Shown: positions 40,238 through 53,998 of the stretch, one piece after another
How the letters are laid out: each line of letters opens with the position of its first letter
Position numbering within the stretch: position 1 is the first letter of the stretch
Assembly: GCA_965202625.1 (NCBI GenBank)
Contig: CBDBBI010000010.1
Location: 1,952,001-2,016,000 of the forward strand
Reading direction: 5' to 3'
Source of the DNA: a bacterium
GTDB lineage: Bacteria > UBA8248
DNA: 64,000 nucleotides
Translations under genes and position numbers: made by a program
Notes under the pieces: generated by a model
The model's input: only the letters and a program-made list of their open reading frames with translations
Databases searched by the model: none
Told to the model about the DNA's origin: nothing

Positions 40238-41662
40238 TCATTTTTGTGCGTCCGCAGCGCAACGAAAGCCGTACACGGGCAACCGACTGTCGGGAACGTC
40301 GCCTGTTCTGCTCGTGGAGGCTAATGCCCACCATCCATTCACCCAGGAGCCGCCTTTAAGCGTTCGATGCACCTTGCCGTTTCGGGTGACGAGATGGGCG
40401 TCTTTCGGCTTTTTCTTGAACGTGTCCTCCACCCATTCCCAAACGTTTCCGGCCAAATCTTCCACTCCATGGGCACTGGCACCGCCCGGGCGTCTTCCCA
40501 CGGCCTTAGGGCCTCCGGCCTCGGGATTCAGACCAAATACGGCGTTTCTGCCGCGCGCCGTGTCCCCCCACGGATATCGCCTCCCCTCTCCGGCGCCCTG
40601 GGCAGCGTATTCCCACTCCGCCTCTGTGGGCAAACGCTTTCCCGCCCACGCGCAGTAGGCGCGCGCCTCCCACCACGTGATGCCGACCACGGGCAGGTGA
40701 GGGCCGGCAAAGTGTGGCTTGCGCCAAAAAGGGGGTGCCGGTGCATTCGTCGCCCTCATGAACTTCACATACAAAGAATTGGTGACCTCAAACTTATCCA
40801 AACGAAAAGAGCTAACCTGAACGGGATGCCCGCCCGTCGCCTTGAGAAGCGCGCGTCCTTTGGGGCGGCCGCGCTGCCAGCCCTTTTGGGGGGCGACGAA
40901 CTTCACGCCCATTCTAAAACGCCCGCCGGGAACCCGAACCATGTTCTCAAAAGAGGGCTTCCGAATGGGCGACGGCCGTTTTCCGATTCGGTACCTTGGC
41001 TTTCGGGGAGGGGCCGTGCGCTTGGGCAAGTGTTTCTCCCGTTCCGCCACCCGCGTCTCGCCCGGAAGCCGAGGGGCCGGCAAGCCCTTGAGGGCGCGGA
41101 CCCGCAGCTCGTCCTCGATATTGGCGAGCTCTGGCCATCTCTCCTTGTCGAGCGATCCAAGTAACGTCTCCGCGTCCTTCAGCCGCTCGTATCGAAACAG
41201 CAAATACGCGAGCCCGCGCCGGGCGCTCCCATCCTGCGGATAACGCTCGTTCGCCTTGCGAAAAAAGAGAAGCGCCTCATCCGGGCGCTTCGCGTCATAA
41301 AGGGTCCAACCAAGGCCCGTAAGAGCGTGAAGGTGTCTCGGCTCAAGGGCAAGCGCCTCCCGAAACCTCTTCTCGGCGAGATCGTAATTCTCTCGCCGAT
41401 AGGCCCTCTCTCCCCTTTCGCTCAAAACCGAGGCGCGGCTCGATGTCGGCGGAGGGAGAGACTCTGGAGGGCGCGCGGATTGCGCCGAAGGCGGAGCGGG
41501 GATGGAGGCGGCCTGAACCGACTTTCGCTCAGGCACCGCCACCCCCATGGGCGGCTCCACACCAGCGCACCCGAGAACGATGAGCACCAGAGTGAGAGAA
41601 CGCGCCAGCCCTAGAGGAGGCCGGCGCGACGCCACCTCGTTTTTACCTATCCATCCACTCAT
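40238..41662 (-). CDS. TPR + formylglycine-generating-enzyme (SUMF1) family domain lipoprotein
   Basis: Lipobox-like VLGC; TPR helices; FRMG, EVTN..Y, PVVGITW, RLPTEAEWEYAA, LAGNVWEW, GFRC. Confidence 0.9.
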   Translation of the reverse strand: MSGWIGKNEVASRRPPLGLARSLTLVLIVLGCAGVEPPMGVAVPERKSVQAASIPAPPSAQSARPPESLPPPTSSRASVLSERGERAYRRENYDLAEKRFREALALEPRHLHALTGLGWTLYDAKRPDEALLFFRKANERYPQDGSARRGLAYLLFRYERLKDAETLLGSLDKERWPELANIEDELRVRALKGLPAPRLPGETRVAEREKHLPKRTAPPRKPRYRIGKRPSPIRKPSFENMVRVPGGRFRMGVKFVAPQKGWQRGRPKGRALLKATGGHPVQVSSFRLDKFEVTNSLYVKFMRATNAPAPPFWRKPHFAGPHLPVVGITWWEARAYCAWAGKRLPTEAEWEYAAQGAGEGRRYPWGDTARGRNAVFGLNPEAGGPKAVGRRPGGASAHGVEDLAGNVWEWVEDTFKKKPKDAHLVTRNGKVHRTLKGGSWVNGWWALASTSRTGDVPDSRLPVYGFRCAADAQK

Positions 41663-44088
41663 GGAGAGCCGTTTCCGTTCTCCTCAATACGGGCGAGGGC
41701 GGCGACCCGGTCGCCCTCCTTGACGCCGATCAGGCGCACCCCCTGCGTGGCGCGGCCAATGACGGAAACGTCCTGGACGCGGGAACGAATGAGTTGTCCT
41801 CCGCTCGTTATAAGCATGAATTCGTCATCCTCCGTTACACGCCTGATGCCGACGACCGGCCCGTTCCTCTCCGTCACCCTGATGTTGATCACCCCCTTGT
41901 TGCCCCGATTCATGAGCCTGTAGTCGTTGACACGGCTGCGCTTGCCGTATCCGAACTCCGTGGCAGTGAGAATAATGTCTCCCGGCGAGACGACCTCCAT
42001 GCCCACCACGCAATCTCCCTCCGCCAGATGGATTCCGCGCACGCCTCGCGCGCTCCTGCCCATGGCGCGAACCCTACTCTCCGAAAAGCGGATGGCTTTG
42101 CCGTTTCTCGTTCCGATAAACACGTCAAGAGCGCCGTCCGTCTGGCCCACGCTAATGAGCTCGTCGCCCTCGTCAAGGTTGACCGCGATGATGCCGCCCG
42201 CCTTCGGGCGACTGAAGGCCATGAGTTGCGTTTTTTTGATCACGCCGTGCCGGGTCGCCATGATGACGTAACGATCGGGCTCGAACTTGCGAATCGGCAT
42301 GACGGCGGAGACAGTCTCTCCCGCCGTCAGCTGGAGCAGATTCACGATGGCCTTGCCGCGCGCCGCGCGGCCCGCCTGCGGAATCTCGTGGACTTTCAAC
42401 CAATGACAGCGGCCGCGCGAGGTAAAGAACATCATGTAGTCGTGCGTGGAGGCGATAAAGAGCTGCTCGACGAAATCCTCCTGTTTTGTCCCCATGCCCA
42501 TGACGCCCTTGCCGCCGCGGCGCTGGGAGCGATAAAGGCTGACGGCGTTTCGCTTGACGTATCCCGAATTAGATATGGTGACCGCCATATCCTCCTCGAC
42601 TATCATATCCTCAAGAGATATTTCGCTCGTCTCGTCCACGATCCGCGTCCTTCTCTCATCCACGAACCTCTCCTTCACTTCCAGTATCTCTTCCTTGATG
42701 ATGGCGGTCTGGAGTTTTTCGTCCACGAGCACCCTCTGGAGGTGTTCGATGATCTGCAAGAGTTCCTTATATTCGGCTTCTATCTTGTCCCTCTCGAGTC
42801 CCGTGAGACGCTGAAGCCTCATCTCCAGAATGGCCTGCGCCTGGGCCTGGGTGAGCCGAAACTCCCGCACGAGGCCCTGGCGCGCCTCATCGGGCGTCTT
42901 GCTTACCCGAATAAGTGCGATGACCTGATCGATGTTGTCCAGAGCAATTCGGTAGCCCTCGAGTATGTGCGCTCTGCTCTTGGCCTTCGCCAAGTCGAAG
43001 CGGCTACGCCTGAGGATCACCTCCCGGCGATAGCGAAGGAAATGAAAAAGCATCTCCTTGACGCCCATCACGCGCGGCTGGTTGTTCACGAGCGCGAGCA
43101 GGATGACGCCGAAAGTCGTCTGCATCTGGGTGTGCTTGTACATCTGATTCAGTACTGCGCCGCCAACAGCGTCTCTTTTTAGGTCGATGACGATGCGCAT
43201 TCCGTTCCTGTCACTTTCGTCCCTAATATCGGAAATTTCCTTAATTTTCTGATCGCGCACCAAGCCCGCGATCTTCTCGATCAGCCTCGCCTTGTTCAGC
43301 GCGTAGGGGATCTCCGTGACCACGATGGACTGGCGGTTGCTCCTCGCATTAATTTCCACGACCGCCTTGGCACGTATTCGCAACGAGCCGCGGCCCGTCT
43401 CGTAATAGCTCTTTATTCCGGCACGTCCATAGAGGACACCCGCGGTGGGAAAATCAGGCCCCGGCATCCTCTGGAGTATCTCCTCGGTCGTGGCATCCTC
43501 TTTCTCCAGAAGGTGAATGAGGGCGTCGCAAATCTCGCCGAGGTTATGGGGTGGAATGTTCGTGGCCATGCCGACGGCGATGCCGGTCGACCCGTTCAGC
43601 AGGAGATTGGGCACGCGAGAAGGGAGCACGGAGGGCTCCGTTCTGGTATTGTCGTAGTTGGGCGTGAAATCGACTGTTTCCTTTTCGATGTCAGCCAGCA
43701 TGTTCTCGGCGAGCTCCGTCATCCGCGCCTCGGTGTAGCGCATGGCCGCTGGCGGGTCGCCGTCCACGGAGCCGAAGTTTCCCTGTCCGTCTATCAACAT
43801 GCCACGCAAGGAGAAATCCTGCGCCATGCGCGCCAGTGCCGGATAGACCACCGCCTCTCCGTGCGGGTGATAGTTTCCGCTCACGTCGCCCGCTATTTTC
43901 GCGCACTTGCGAAACGGTCTGTTGTGTGCAAGCCCTAAATCGTTCAACGTGGTGAGAATGCGCCGCTGCACGGGCTTGAGACCGTCCCGAACATCGGGCA
44001 ATGCACGCGCGATGATGACGCTCATTGCGTAATCCATGAAAGACGCACTCATCTCCTGCTCTATGCTCACTTCTTGAAGGTCACTCAT
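41659..44088 (-). CDS. gyrA: DNA gyrase subunit A
   Basis: [31 protein letters not shown], GyrA-box QRRGGKG. Confidence 0.98.
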   Translation of the reverse strand: MSDLQEVSIEQEMSASFMDYAMSVIIARALPDVRDGLKPVQRRILTTLNDLGLAHNRPFRKCAKIAGDVSGNYHPHGEAVVYPALARMAQDFSLRGMLIDGQGNFGSVDGDPPAAMRYTEARMTELAENMLADIEKETVDFTPNYDNTRTEPSVLPSRVPNLLLNGSTGIAVGMATNIPPHNLGEICDALIHLLEKEDATTEEILQRMPGPDFPTAGVLYGRAGIKSYYETGRGSLRIRAKAVVEINARSNRQSIVVTEIPYALNKARLIEKIAGLVRDQKIKEISDIRDESDRNGMRIVIDLKRDAVGGAVLNQMYKHTQMQTTFGVILLALVNNQPRVMGVKEMLFHFLRYRREVILRRSRFDLAKAKSRAHILEGYRIALDNIDQVIALIRVSKTPDEARQGLVREFRLTQAQAQAILEMRLQRLTGLERDKIEAEYKELLQIIEHLQRVLVDEKLQTAIIKEEILEVKERFVDERRTRIVDETSEISLEDMIVEEDMAVTISNSGYVKRNAVSLYRSQRRGGKGVMGMGTKQEDFVEQLFIASTHDYMMFFTSRGRCHWLKVHEIPQAGRAARGKAIVNLLQLTAGETVSAVMPIRKFEPDRYVIMATRHGVIKKTQLMAFSRPKAGGIIAVNLDEGDELISVGQTDGALDVFIGTRNGKAIRFSESRVRAMGRSARGVRGIHLAEGDCVVGMEVVSPGDIILTATEFGYGKRSRVNDYRLMNRGNKGVINIRVTERNGPVVGIRRVTEDDEFMLITSGGQLIRSRVQDVSVIGRATQGVRLIGVKEGDRVAALARIEENGNGSP

Positions 44089-44333
44089 TTTCTCGAAACT
44101 CTCCTAATGGCGGCGTGAAACAACGGCCGCCACAACGTTCTCAACACGAGATAGGGGCGAGCTTGCGGGGGCAAATGAAAATATCATCCTTTATACCATG
44201 AAAATATCACTTACGATGATTTTTCGTGGCCGTGACCCTCCGCGCTTCACAAGGCTGGCGAGGTAGAGCTCACTTGGAGATAATAGGGACGTCCAAAAAA
44301 ACGCCCAGCGTCTTCTCATAATTGAGGAAGCTC

Positions 44334-44783
44334 ATGCGATTCGCTCCCGAGTCAGGCAGCCGCGTTCCTCCCGCCTTGGCGGTCGTTCTCCTCCTGTGCT
44401 TCTCCGTCTTTCCGTTGGGCGGCAAGGCCCACGCTCCCGAAGTCCATACGGCCGAAGTGGGAGATTTGATGGTGCGGATGGACGCCGACTTCGCCCCCTT
44501 GGTAAAAACCGTGTTGATCGATTCGGTTCAAAATCTCGTGAGTGAAACGCCATACGAAACCATCCGAAAGCGCGCAGAGACCATTACCGCGACAGCAAGA
44601 ATCCTACCAAACGCGGAGAGATTTCAGGGAGATGGCACGATGCTCGCCTTCTCTCGCCAGATAGAGAGTACCGCTTTAGAACTCGCCAAAGCAGCGGAAA
44701 CAAAAAATGTAGAAGCGATCACGAGAGCACTTTTCCATCTACACGCCGCATGCGTGCGCTGCCATCAGGAATCGCGCTTCTAA
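44334..44783 (+). CDS. Class II (c'/c556-like four-helix) cytochrome c
   Basis: Signal peptide, helical body, C-terminal heme motif ACVRCH. Confidence 0.78.
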   Translation: MRFAPESGSRVPPALAVVLLLCFSVFPLGGKAHAPEVHTAEVGDLMVRMDADFAPLVKTVLIDSVQNLVSETPYETIRKRAETITATARILPNAERFQGDGTMLAFSRQIESTALELAKAAETKNVEAITRALFHLHAACVRCHQESRF

Positions 44784-44820
44784 GAGAACGCAGGAGGCGC
44801 GCACATTCGCCGAAAGTGAG

Positions 44821-48461
<3,641 letters not shown>

Positions 48462-48484
48462 GGGGTATCCTCAGTCCTTAAGCT

Positions 48485-48680
48485 CTTTTATAAATTTAGT
48501 ATACTAATTTAAGTAATGGTAGTAGGGGTTGTGGAATTGTGAAGAACCTCCCAAGGCATTGAAAAAAAATTCTTTTTTAAGATAAAGATTGTGGATTTTT
48601 GTGTGGGCGCGCGCGTTTTTCTGGTTGTTTTCTCGTGAGGCGTGACGCGGCTGAAGATTTTAACACGGTTATCCACAAAC
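48485..48680. other. oriC unwinding region (DnaA boxes, DnaA-trios, AT-rich DUE)
   Basis: Minus strand reads TTCTTCACAATTCCACA-ACCC-CTACTACCATTACTTA then AT-rich sequence; perfect TTATCCACA at 48669-48677; TGTGGATTT at 48590. Confidence 0.85.
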
Positions 48681-48694
48681 CTTTCCTGCTTGTT

Positions 48695-50020
48695 TTAAGA
48701 AATATCTATCTTCTGTTGGATGGTTTGAATCGTGGCGGAGAGGGAGTGATCCTTCTTGAGCATGTCCTGGATTTTGTTAGCGGAGTGAATCACCGTGGAG
48801 TGATCCTTTCCCCCGAAGCGTCGCCCAATTTCTGTGGTCGAGGCGCGCGTGAGTTTTCTTGCGAGGAACATGGCGATCTGCCGGGGGACGGTGAACGAGC
48901 GCGAGCGGTTTTTTGATTTAAGTTCGGCCATTCGTATTCCGAAATGCTCGGCGACGATTCTTTGGATGTTGTCCACTGAGGAATTGCGCGCTGGATCCCG
49001 AATCATGCCCTGCAGTACCTCTTGCGCCACGGGCAGGTCAATCTCGATATTGCGCAGGGAGGCGTGGAAGTTGAGTTTTATGAGGCATCCCTCAAGCTCC
49101 CTAATGTTGGAGCGTACATGCTCCGCGATATAATGTGCGACCTCTCTGGATAAAGGGAGCCCCTGCTCGTTCGCCTTTTTTTGGAGAATAGCCACCTTGG
49201 TTTCAAAGTCCGGCGTGCCAATATCCGCCATCATTCCCCATACGAAGCGAGCCCGAAGGCGCTCCTCCAGTCTTTGTGTGTCTTTTGGCATTTTGTCGCT
49301 CGTGATGATAATCTGTTTTCTGCCCTCATAAAGGGTGTTAAAGGTGAAGAAGAACTCCTCCTGCGTGCGCTCCTTTCCCGCGATGAACTGAATGTCGTCT
49401 ACCATCAGGGTGTCCACTTTTCTGTATTTGCTTCTGAATGCAGCCATCTGGTTTCGTTTGATCGAGGTGATGAGGTCGTTGATGAAATTCTCAGCTGAGG
49501 TGTAGAAGATGCGCGCAGTGGGACGTTGTTCAAGAATGCGGTGTGCGATGGCGTGCAGGAGATGGGTTTTTCCGAGCCCCACGCCACCGTAGATGAAAAG
49601 CGGATTGAGCGTGACCCCCATTCCGTCAGCGACCCGAAGGCTGCACGCGTGTGCGAATTCGTTCGAGCTGCCCACAACGAAGTTATCGAAGTGATATTTG
49701 GGATTCAGAAAATCCGGACGCGCAGGCTCACTCGGGAGGTTCTTTGGCACCTCCTTCGCTGCGTTCGCCGCCACGTTTGGCATTGCGTTCGCCGCGAGGG
49801 CTATGGTGGCGTCCGGTCCAGCCTCTTGCTCGAGAATGTCGGTCAGTATTCCCCAATATCGGGATCGCAAGGTGTTCGCTGTGAACGGGTCAGGCGCTTG
49901 GAGTGTCAAGGAGGATTCGCTCGCGCTAATCTCTTTTATGCCGGCGAACCAGCGGTCAAACGTTTGAGGAGAGACCTCCTCCTGAATTTTCTCCTTACAA
50001 CGCATCCATAGCTTCGTCAT
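48695..50020 (-). CDS. dnaA: Chromosomal replication initiator (start could be 50056)
   Basis: NPLFIYGGVGLGKTHL, DDIQFIAGKE.TQEEFF, RQIAMFL, IGRRFGGKDHSTV. Confidence 0.98.
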   Translation of the reverse strand: MTKLWMRCKEKIQEEVSPQTFDRWFAGIKEISASESSLTLQAPDPFTANTLRSRYWGILTDILEQEAGPDATIALAANAMPNVAANAAKEVPKNLPSEPARPDFLNPKYHFDNFVVGSSNEFAHACSLRVADGMGVTLNPLFIYGGVGLGKTHLLHAIAHRILEQRPTARIFYTSAENFINDLITSIKRNQMAAFRSKYRKVDTLMVDDIQFIAGKERTQEEFFFTFNTLYEGRKQIIITSDKMPKDTQRLEERLRARFVWGMMADIGTPDFETKVAILQKKANEQGLPLSREVAHYIAEHVRSNIRELEGCLIKLNFHASLRNIEIDLPVAQEVLQGMIRDPARNSSVDNIQRIVAEHFGIRMAELKSKNRSRSFTVPRQIAMFLARKLTRASTTEIGRRFGGKDHSTVIHSANKIQDMLKKDHSLSATIQTIQQKIDIS

Positions 50021-50079
50021 GGAGCGACTCGATGGGTGATAACGTCGCATGGGCATTTTGGTTTGAGCATGAGCGGATT

Positions 50080-50161
50080 TTATCCACAGGGATGAGAGAT
50101 AAAATGAATTTAATTATGGATTTTTCCACAAAACGCCCACCGAGAGCAAGCGTTTTCCACA
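50080..50161. promoter_or_regulatory. DnaA box cluster upstream of dnaA
   Basis: TTATCCACA 50080-50088; TTTTCCACA 50122-50130 and 50153-50161. Confidence 0.85.
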
Positions 50162-50301
50162 AAAAGAAGAGGCTTTATGAAACTTTCGTTAGTTTATAAA
50201 CAAAAAGTGCTTTTTCTGTGAAACCATAACGGGAAATCAGCGGGGAGCGTCGCTCCGTCCATGAGAAACAAGCGAATACGCGCGCGGCTTTATCGGGGTT
50301 C

Positions 50302-50330
50302 TTGACAACGGGAGTTTTAGCGACTACCTT
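50302..50330 (+). promoter_or_regulatory. Putative sigma70 promoter of rpmH operon
   Basis: TTGACA-17 nt-TACCTT. Confidence 0.55.
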
Positions 50331-50391
50331 GCGTTCAGCGAGTTGGAGAGGCATTTTTTGCCCCGTAGCGGGGATGATGTGGAGCGTATCA

Positions 50392-50532
50392 GTGAAACGG
50401 ACGTATCAACCGAACAGAAGAAAGCGGGCGAAGACGCACGGGTTTCGCCGTCGGATGAAGACGACCGGAGGCCGCGCGATCATCAAGCGGCGTCGGGCGA
50501 AGGGCCGCAAGCGTCTCGCCGCCACTCCCTAG
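50392..50532 (+). CDS. rpmH: 50S ribosomal protein L34
   Basis: (M)[35 protein letters not shown]; GTG start. Confidence 0.97.
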   Translation: MKRTYQPNRRKRAKTHGFRRRMKTTGGRAIIKRRRAKGRKRLAATP

Positions 50533-50568
50533 GCAGGCGTCTCGCCGGTCACGGTCCTCCAGATAAGA

Positions 50569-50919
50569 GTGAGGGGTCCGAATATGGGTGAGGACTTTCC
50601 GACAGAGCGCCGTATTTGCAAGGGACGTGAGTTCGCCATCGTCCTCAAGAAAGGGCGCAAGAGCAGGTGTCCGCATTTCACGCTCCACGTTTTGTTCACG
50701 CTTTCAGAAAACCGCGCGCGGCTCGGCGTCGTTGCGTCGCGTCGCGTAGGGGGTTCTGTTGTGAGGAATCGCGCCAAGCGGCTTCTTCGGGAGGCGTTCC
50801 GCCGTCATCGTCCCTGTTTTCCAAAAGGGGCAGATCTCGTGGCCGTTGCGCGGCGCTCGATCTCCAAGGCGAGGCTAGAAGATGTTGAAAGGGCGTTTCG
50901 CTACGCTTTCAGTGAATAA
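50569..50919 (+). CDS. rnpA: Ribonuclease P protein component
   Basis: RLGVVASRRVGGSVVRNRAKRLLRE RNR motif. Confidence 0.95.
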   Translation: MRGPNMGEDFPTERRICKGREFAIVLKKGRKSRCPHFTLHVLFTLSENRARLGVVASRRVGGSVVRNRAKRLLREAFRRHRPCFPKGADLVAVARRSISKARLEDVERAFRYAFSE

Positions 50920-51175
50920 ATCGCGTCATAGAAATAGAAAAGGAGCTGGCCCCGTCTCTCGGACGGCAAGCATGATGGCGACGACCCTGGTTCGGGGATA
51001 TCAGCTCGTCCTGTCTCCCGTGATGCCGGGCAACTGTCGCTTCTCGCCCTCTTGCTCTCATTACGCGCTTGAAGCGTTTCGCCGCCACGCGCCCATGTGG
51101 GCTTTATGGCTCACCGTCCGCCGGATAGGACGTTGCCATCCATTTCATCCAGGGGGAGACGACCCGGTTCCCTGA
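50882..51175 (+). CDS. yidD: Membrane protein insertion efficiency factor (true start probably later)
   Basis: YQ..LSP....CRFSPSCS.YA..A...RI.RCHPF.PGG.DPVP. Confidence 0.93.
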   Translation: MLKGRFATLSVNKSRHRNRKGAGPVSRTASMMATTLVRGYQLVLSPVMPGNCRFSPSCSHYALEAFRRHAPMWALWLTVRRIGRCHPFHPGGDDPVP

Positions 51176-51198
51176 ATATCCGGCAGAGGCGCTTTCTG

Positions 51199-52830
51199 AT
51201 GGAAAAAAACGCGATTCTCGCCGCCGTTTTGTCGATGGCGATACTGATTGGCTGGCAATATCTCGTCGTGAAGCCGATGGAGGACGAGCAGGTCCAGAAG
51301 CAGAAAGACGATAAAGCGCGAGAGGCCGCGCGCGGCGTAGGGCGGACGAGCACTCCTCTACGTGCGCCGGCGGCCGGGCCCTCCTCAGCGCCTGCTGTCT
51401 CTACGTCCACCGCTTTCGCGCCCCACAGGCGCATTCGAGTGGACATGGGCGAAGCGGTGTATGAATTAACGAATCGGGGGGCGGGTTTTTTGTCCGCGCG
51501 CCTTCTGAAATACAAACAGGGAGAGAAGAACTTCGTCGAGCTCGTGCCTGCAAGTCGCCCGGACGTGCGCCCCCTCTTTTTCTGGGGCGGGCAAACGGCA
51601 CAGCGGCTGAACGAGGCGGTCTATCAGGTAGAAGGGGGGGATATGTCTCTTTCCCGGACAAACCCCGAGGGGACGGTTCGGTTCCTCTATCGAGGCGCGG
51701 ACGGCCTCCTGGCGGAGAAGACGCTCGCCTTTCGCTACAAAGACTTCAACGTTCGGACGAGAATTCGCATCGTCCGGCCTTCCGGGGCCATAAACGAAAC
51801 CATTGGAGTCGTCTGGGGCCCACGCGTGGGTGGAAGCGACGGCAACACCTATGGCGGCGTCATTGAAGGGCCGATGAGCTTCGTGGAAGGGAAGCTTGAA
51901 TACGACTATCCTGAGGAGGGAAAAGCCGTAACCCACGGAGCGAGTCTTAGCTGGACCGCGCTTCAGTCGAAGCACTTCATCGCGGCGCTCGTCCCTCGAA
52001 GCGGTGCGGGCGGCGCGGAGGTTCGTCTGCTCGGCAAAACGGGCGACCTCAGCGAATACGCCGCCATCGTTCCCCTCTCTAGGGGAGAAGACGTCGAAGC
52101 CACGTTCGACGTCTATGTGGGGCCGAAGTCGGTGGAGCACCTCGAGAGGCTCAAGGTTAGCCTGGAGGATTCTCTCGACTATGGAATGTTCTCCTTCATT
52201 GCCAAGCCGCTCATGTCGGTTCTGCGCGCTTTTCACGCCGTTTCGGGCAACTGGGGCGTGGCCATCATCCTGCTTACCATTCTGGTGAAAATTATTTTCT
52301 ATCCCCTCACCCACGTCAGCATGCGCAACATGAAAGAGATGCAGAAGCTCCAGCCCCGCGTCGCGCAGCTGCGCGAGATTTACAAGGACGACAAGGCTAA
52401 ACTGAACGAGCTGACCATGGGCCTATACAAGGAGCATAAGGTGAACCCGATGATGGGTTGCCTGCCCATGATTATACAGATACCTGTCTTCTTTGGGTTG
52501 TATGAGGCACTTCTCGTGTCGATAGAGCTGCGCAATGCGCCCTTTTTCGGCTGGGTGACGGACCTTTCGGTGCAGGACCCTTATCACGTGTATACGATAC
52601 TCATGGGCGCGTCGATGTTCTTGCAGCAGAAGATGACGCCCGTCGCTGGCGATCCCACCCAGGCGAAAATGATGATGTTTATGCCCCTCATCTTCACGGG
52701 CATGTTTATATTCTACCCCGTTCCCGTGGGGCTGGTGATCTACTGGCTGGTGAACAATCTGCTCTCCATCGCCCAGCAGTTTTACGTGAACCGCTCGGTG
52801 CAGCCCCCGAAGCTGGCCGAGGAGAATTGA
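51199..52830 (+). CDS. yidC: Membrane protein insertase YidC
   Basis: MEKNAILA, YVGPK, GNWGVAII.LT, NPMMGCLP..IQIPVF, GLVIYWLVNN. Confidence 0.97.
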   Translation: MEKNAILAAVLSMAILIGWQYLVVKPMEDEQVQKQKDDKAREAARGVGRTSTPLRAPAAGPSSAPAVSTSTAFAPHRRIRVDMGEAVYELTNRGAGFLSARLLKYKQGEKNFVELVPASRPDVRPLFFWGGQTAQRLNEAVYQVEGGDMSLSRTNPEGTVRFLYRGADGLLAEKTLAFRYKDFNVRTRIRIVRPSGAINETIGVVWGPRVGGSDGNTYGGVIEGPMSFVEGKLEYDYPEEGKAVTHGASLSWTALQSKHFIAALVPRSGAGGAEVRLLGKTGDLSEYAAIVPLSRGEDVEATFDVYVGPKSVEHLERLKVSLEDSLDYGMFSFIAKPLMSVLRAFHAVSGNWGVAIILLTILVKIIFYPLTHVSMRNMKEMQKLQPRVAQLREIYKDDKAKLNELTMGLYKEHKVNPMMGCLPMIIQIPVFFGLYEALLVSIELRNAPFFGWVTDLSVQDPYHVYTILMGASMFLQQKMTPVAGDPTQAKMMMFMPLIFTGMFIFYPVPVGLVIYWLVNNLLSIAQQFYVNRSVQPPKLAEEN

Positions 52831-52906
52831 TGGACGTGTATAAGAGCAACTGCTGAAAACTGAGTAAGCCCTCCGGGGAGGTTGTGGAGACAAGGGAGAC
52901 AAAAAG

Positions 52907-53998
52907 ATGAATCTTGGTGGCTATAGATGGATGGACGGCGGGCCGGAAATTCCGGGGGGTCGTTTCTTCTCTCCAGGCGAGAACCCCGACCTGACGCCTT
53001 TTGTGGAGATGTCCGGCCGCGCACTCAGGCGCGTCATTGAGCGGGTGGACCTCGACGTCCTTGCCTTAGCACTTCGGGATGCGGAGGCGCGGGTGGTGAA
53101 GCGGGTGCTTGGAAACGTCTCGTCGAAGAGTGCGGCGCGGATTCGGGAGGAAATCGAGCGAGCGGAGGCTGAAGAAGACGCCCCTGGCGTTGAGGCGCGC
53201 CAGTTCTTGATGGAGACCGCCTATGTCATGAAAAATCATGGCGACATCACCTTTGATGGTCCGGCGGATGACTCCATTCCTCCTATGGATCGCGCATTAG
53301 AGGAGGAGCTCGCTACGTTTCACTCCTCAGGGAGCGCTGCCGAACAAGCGGTTTCGCTGGCCGTTGCCCTCGCCGCCCGCGCTGAGCAGCAAGGCCTCCT
53401 CTCCTTGGAGCCCGCCCTCGAGAGGATTCCGGACGGAATTTTTTCAACCGGTCTGAAAATGTTGGTGGATCAAACCCCCTGGGATGAGGCAGAAATTATT
53501 CTCACGCGCCAAATCGAATCCTCTCTCGGTGCGATGGAGCGAAATAAGGAAATCGCCATAGAGGGCGCGCTGGCGATATTGGAAGGCGTGAGCAAGGAAC
53601 GCGCACTGGCACGTCTCGTCGCCTTTTTGCCGGAGGGCGAAGCGGATTGCGAACGACTGCCTGGCGTTCGGTTTCCCCCCTCTGTCCAGGCGACGGTCGA
53701 CGTCATTGCCTTTTGTGTGGAGCTTGCGGACCTTGCCCACCGAGAGGGAAGTGGCGCGATTGCGGATCGTCTCGAGGGAATTGAGGAATCCCTCCTCAAA
53801 ACGGGGCTGAAATGGGCGCTTGACGGTGCCCCGACAGACGCCGTGGAAAGACTCTTGGGCCGAAGGGGACAAACGCGCCTCGACAGGGAGCGGCGCAAGC
53901 TCGAGTGCGTGGCGGAGGGCTTCGCCCTCATCAGGGAGGGGCACCCAGAGAGCTTCGTGCGCGAGGCGCTCGCCGGTTATCTTGAGGATGAGGTTTGA
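52907..53998 (+). CDS. Soluble protein: FliG C-terminal domain fused to two MotA-like cytoplasmic modules
   Basis: RALRRVIERVDLDVLALAL...VLGNVSSKSAARIREEIE (FliG_C-like); QQGLLSLE...IFSTGLKMLVD...EIAIEGALAILEG and HREG...LLKTGLKWALDG...ECVAEGFALIREG.P...EALAGYL (MotA-like); no TM segments. Confidence 0.72.
   Translation: MNLGGYRWMDGGPEIPGGRFFSPGENPDLTPFVEMSGRALRRVIERVDLDVLALALRDAEARVVKRVLGNVSSKSAARIREEIERAEAEEDAPGVEARQFLMETAYVMKNHGDITFDGPADDSIPPMDRALEEELATFHSSGSAAEQAVSLAVALAARAEQQGLLSLEPALERIPDGIFSTGLKMLVDQTPWDEAEIILTRQIESSLGAMERNKEIAIEGALAILEGVSKERALARLVAFLPEGEADCERLPGVRFPPSVQATVDVIAFCVELADLAHREGSGAIADRLEGIEESLLKTGLKWALDGAPTDAVERLLGRRGQTRLDRERRKLECVAEGFALIREGHPESFVREALAGYLEDEV

Noticed and set aside
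52830-52925. Short ORF coupled to the yidC stop (MDVYKSNC-TGA-KLSK...) as a jag remnant or third selenoprotein
   Set aside because: No convincing Jag similarity, no redox-fold context and no SECIS-like AGTT hairpin after the TGA
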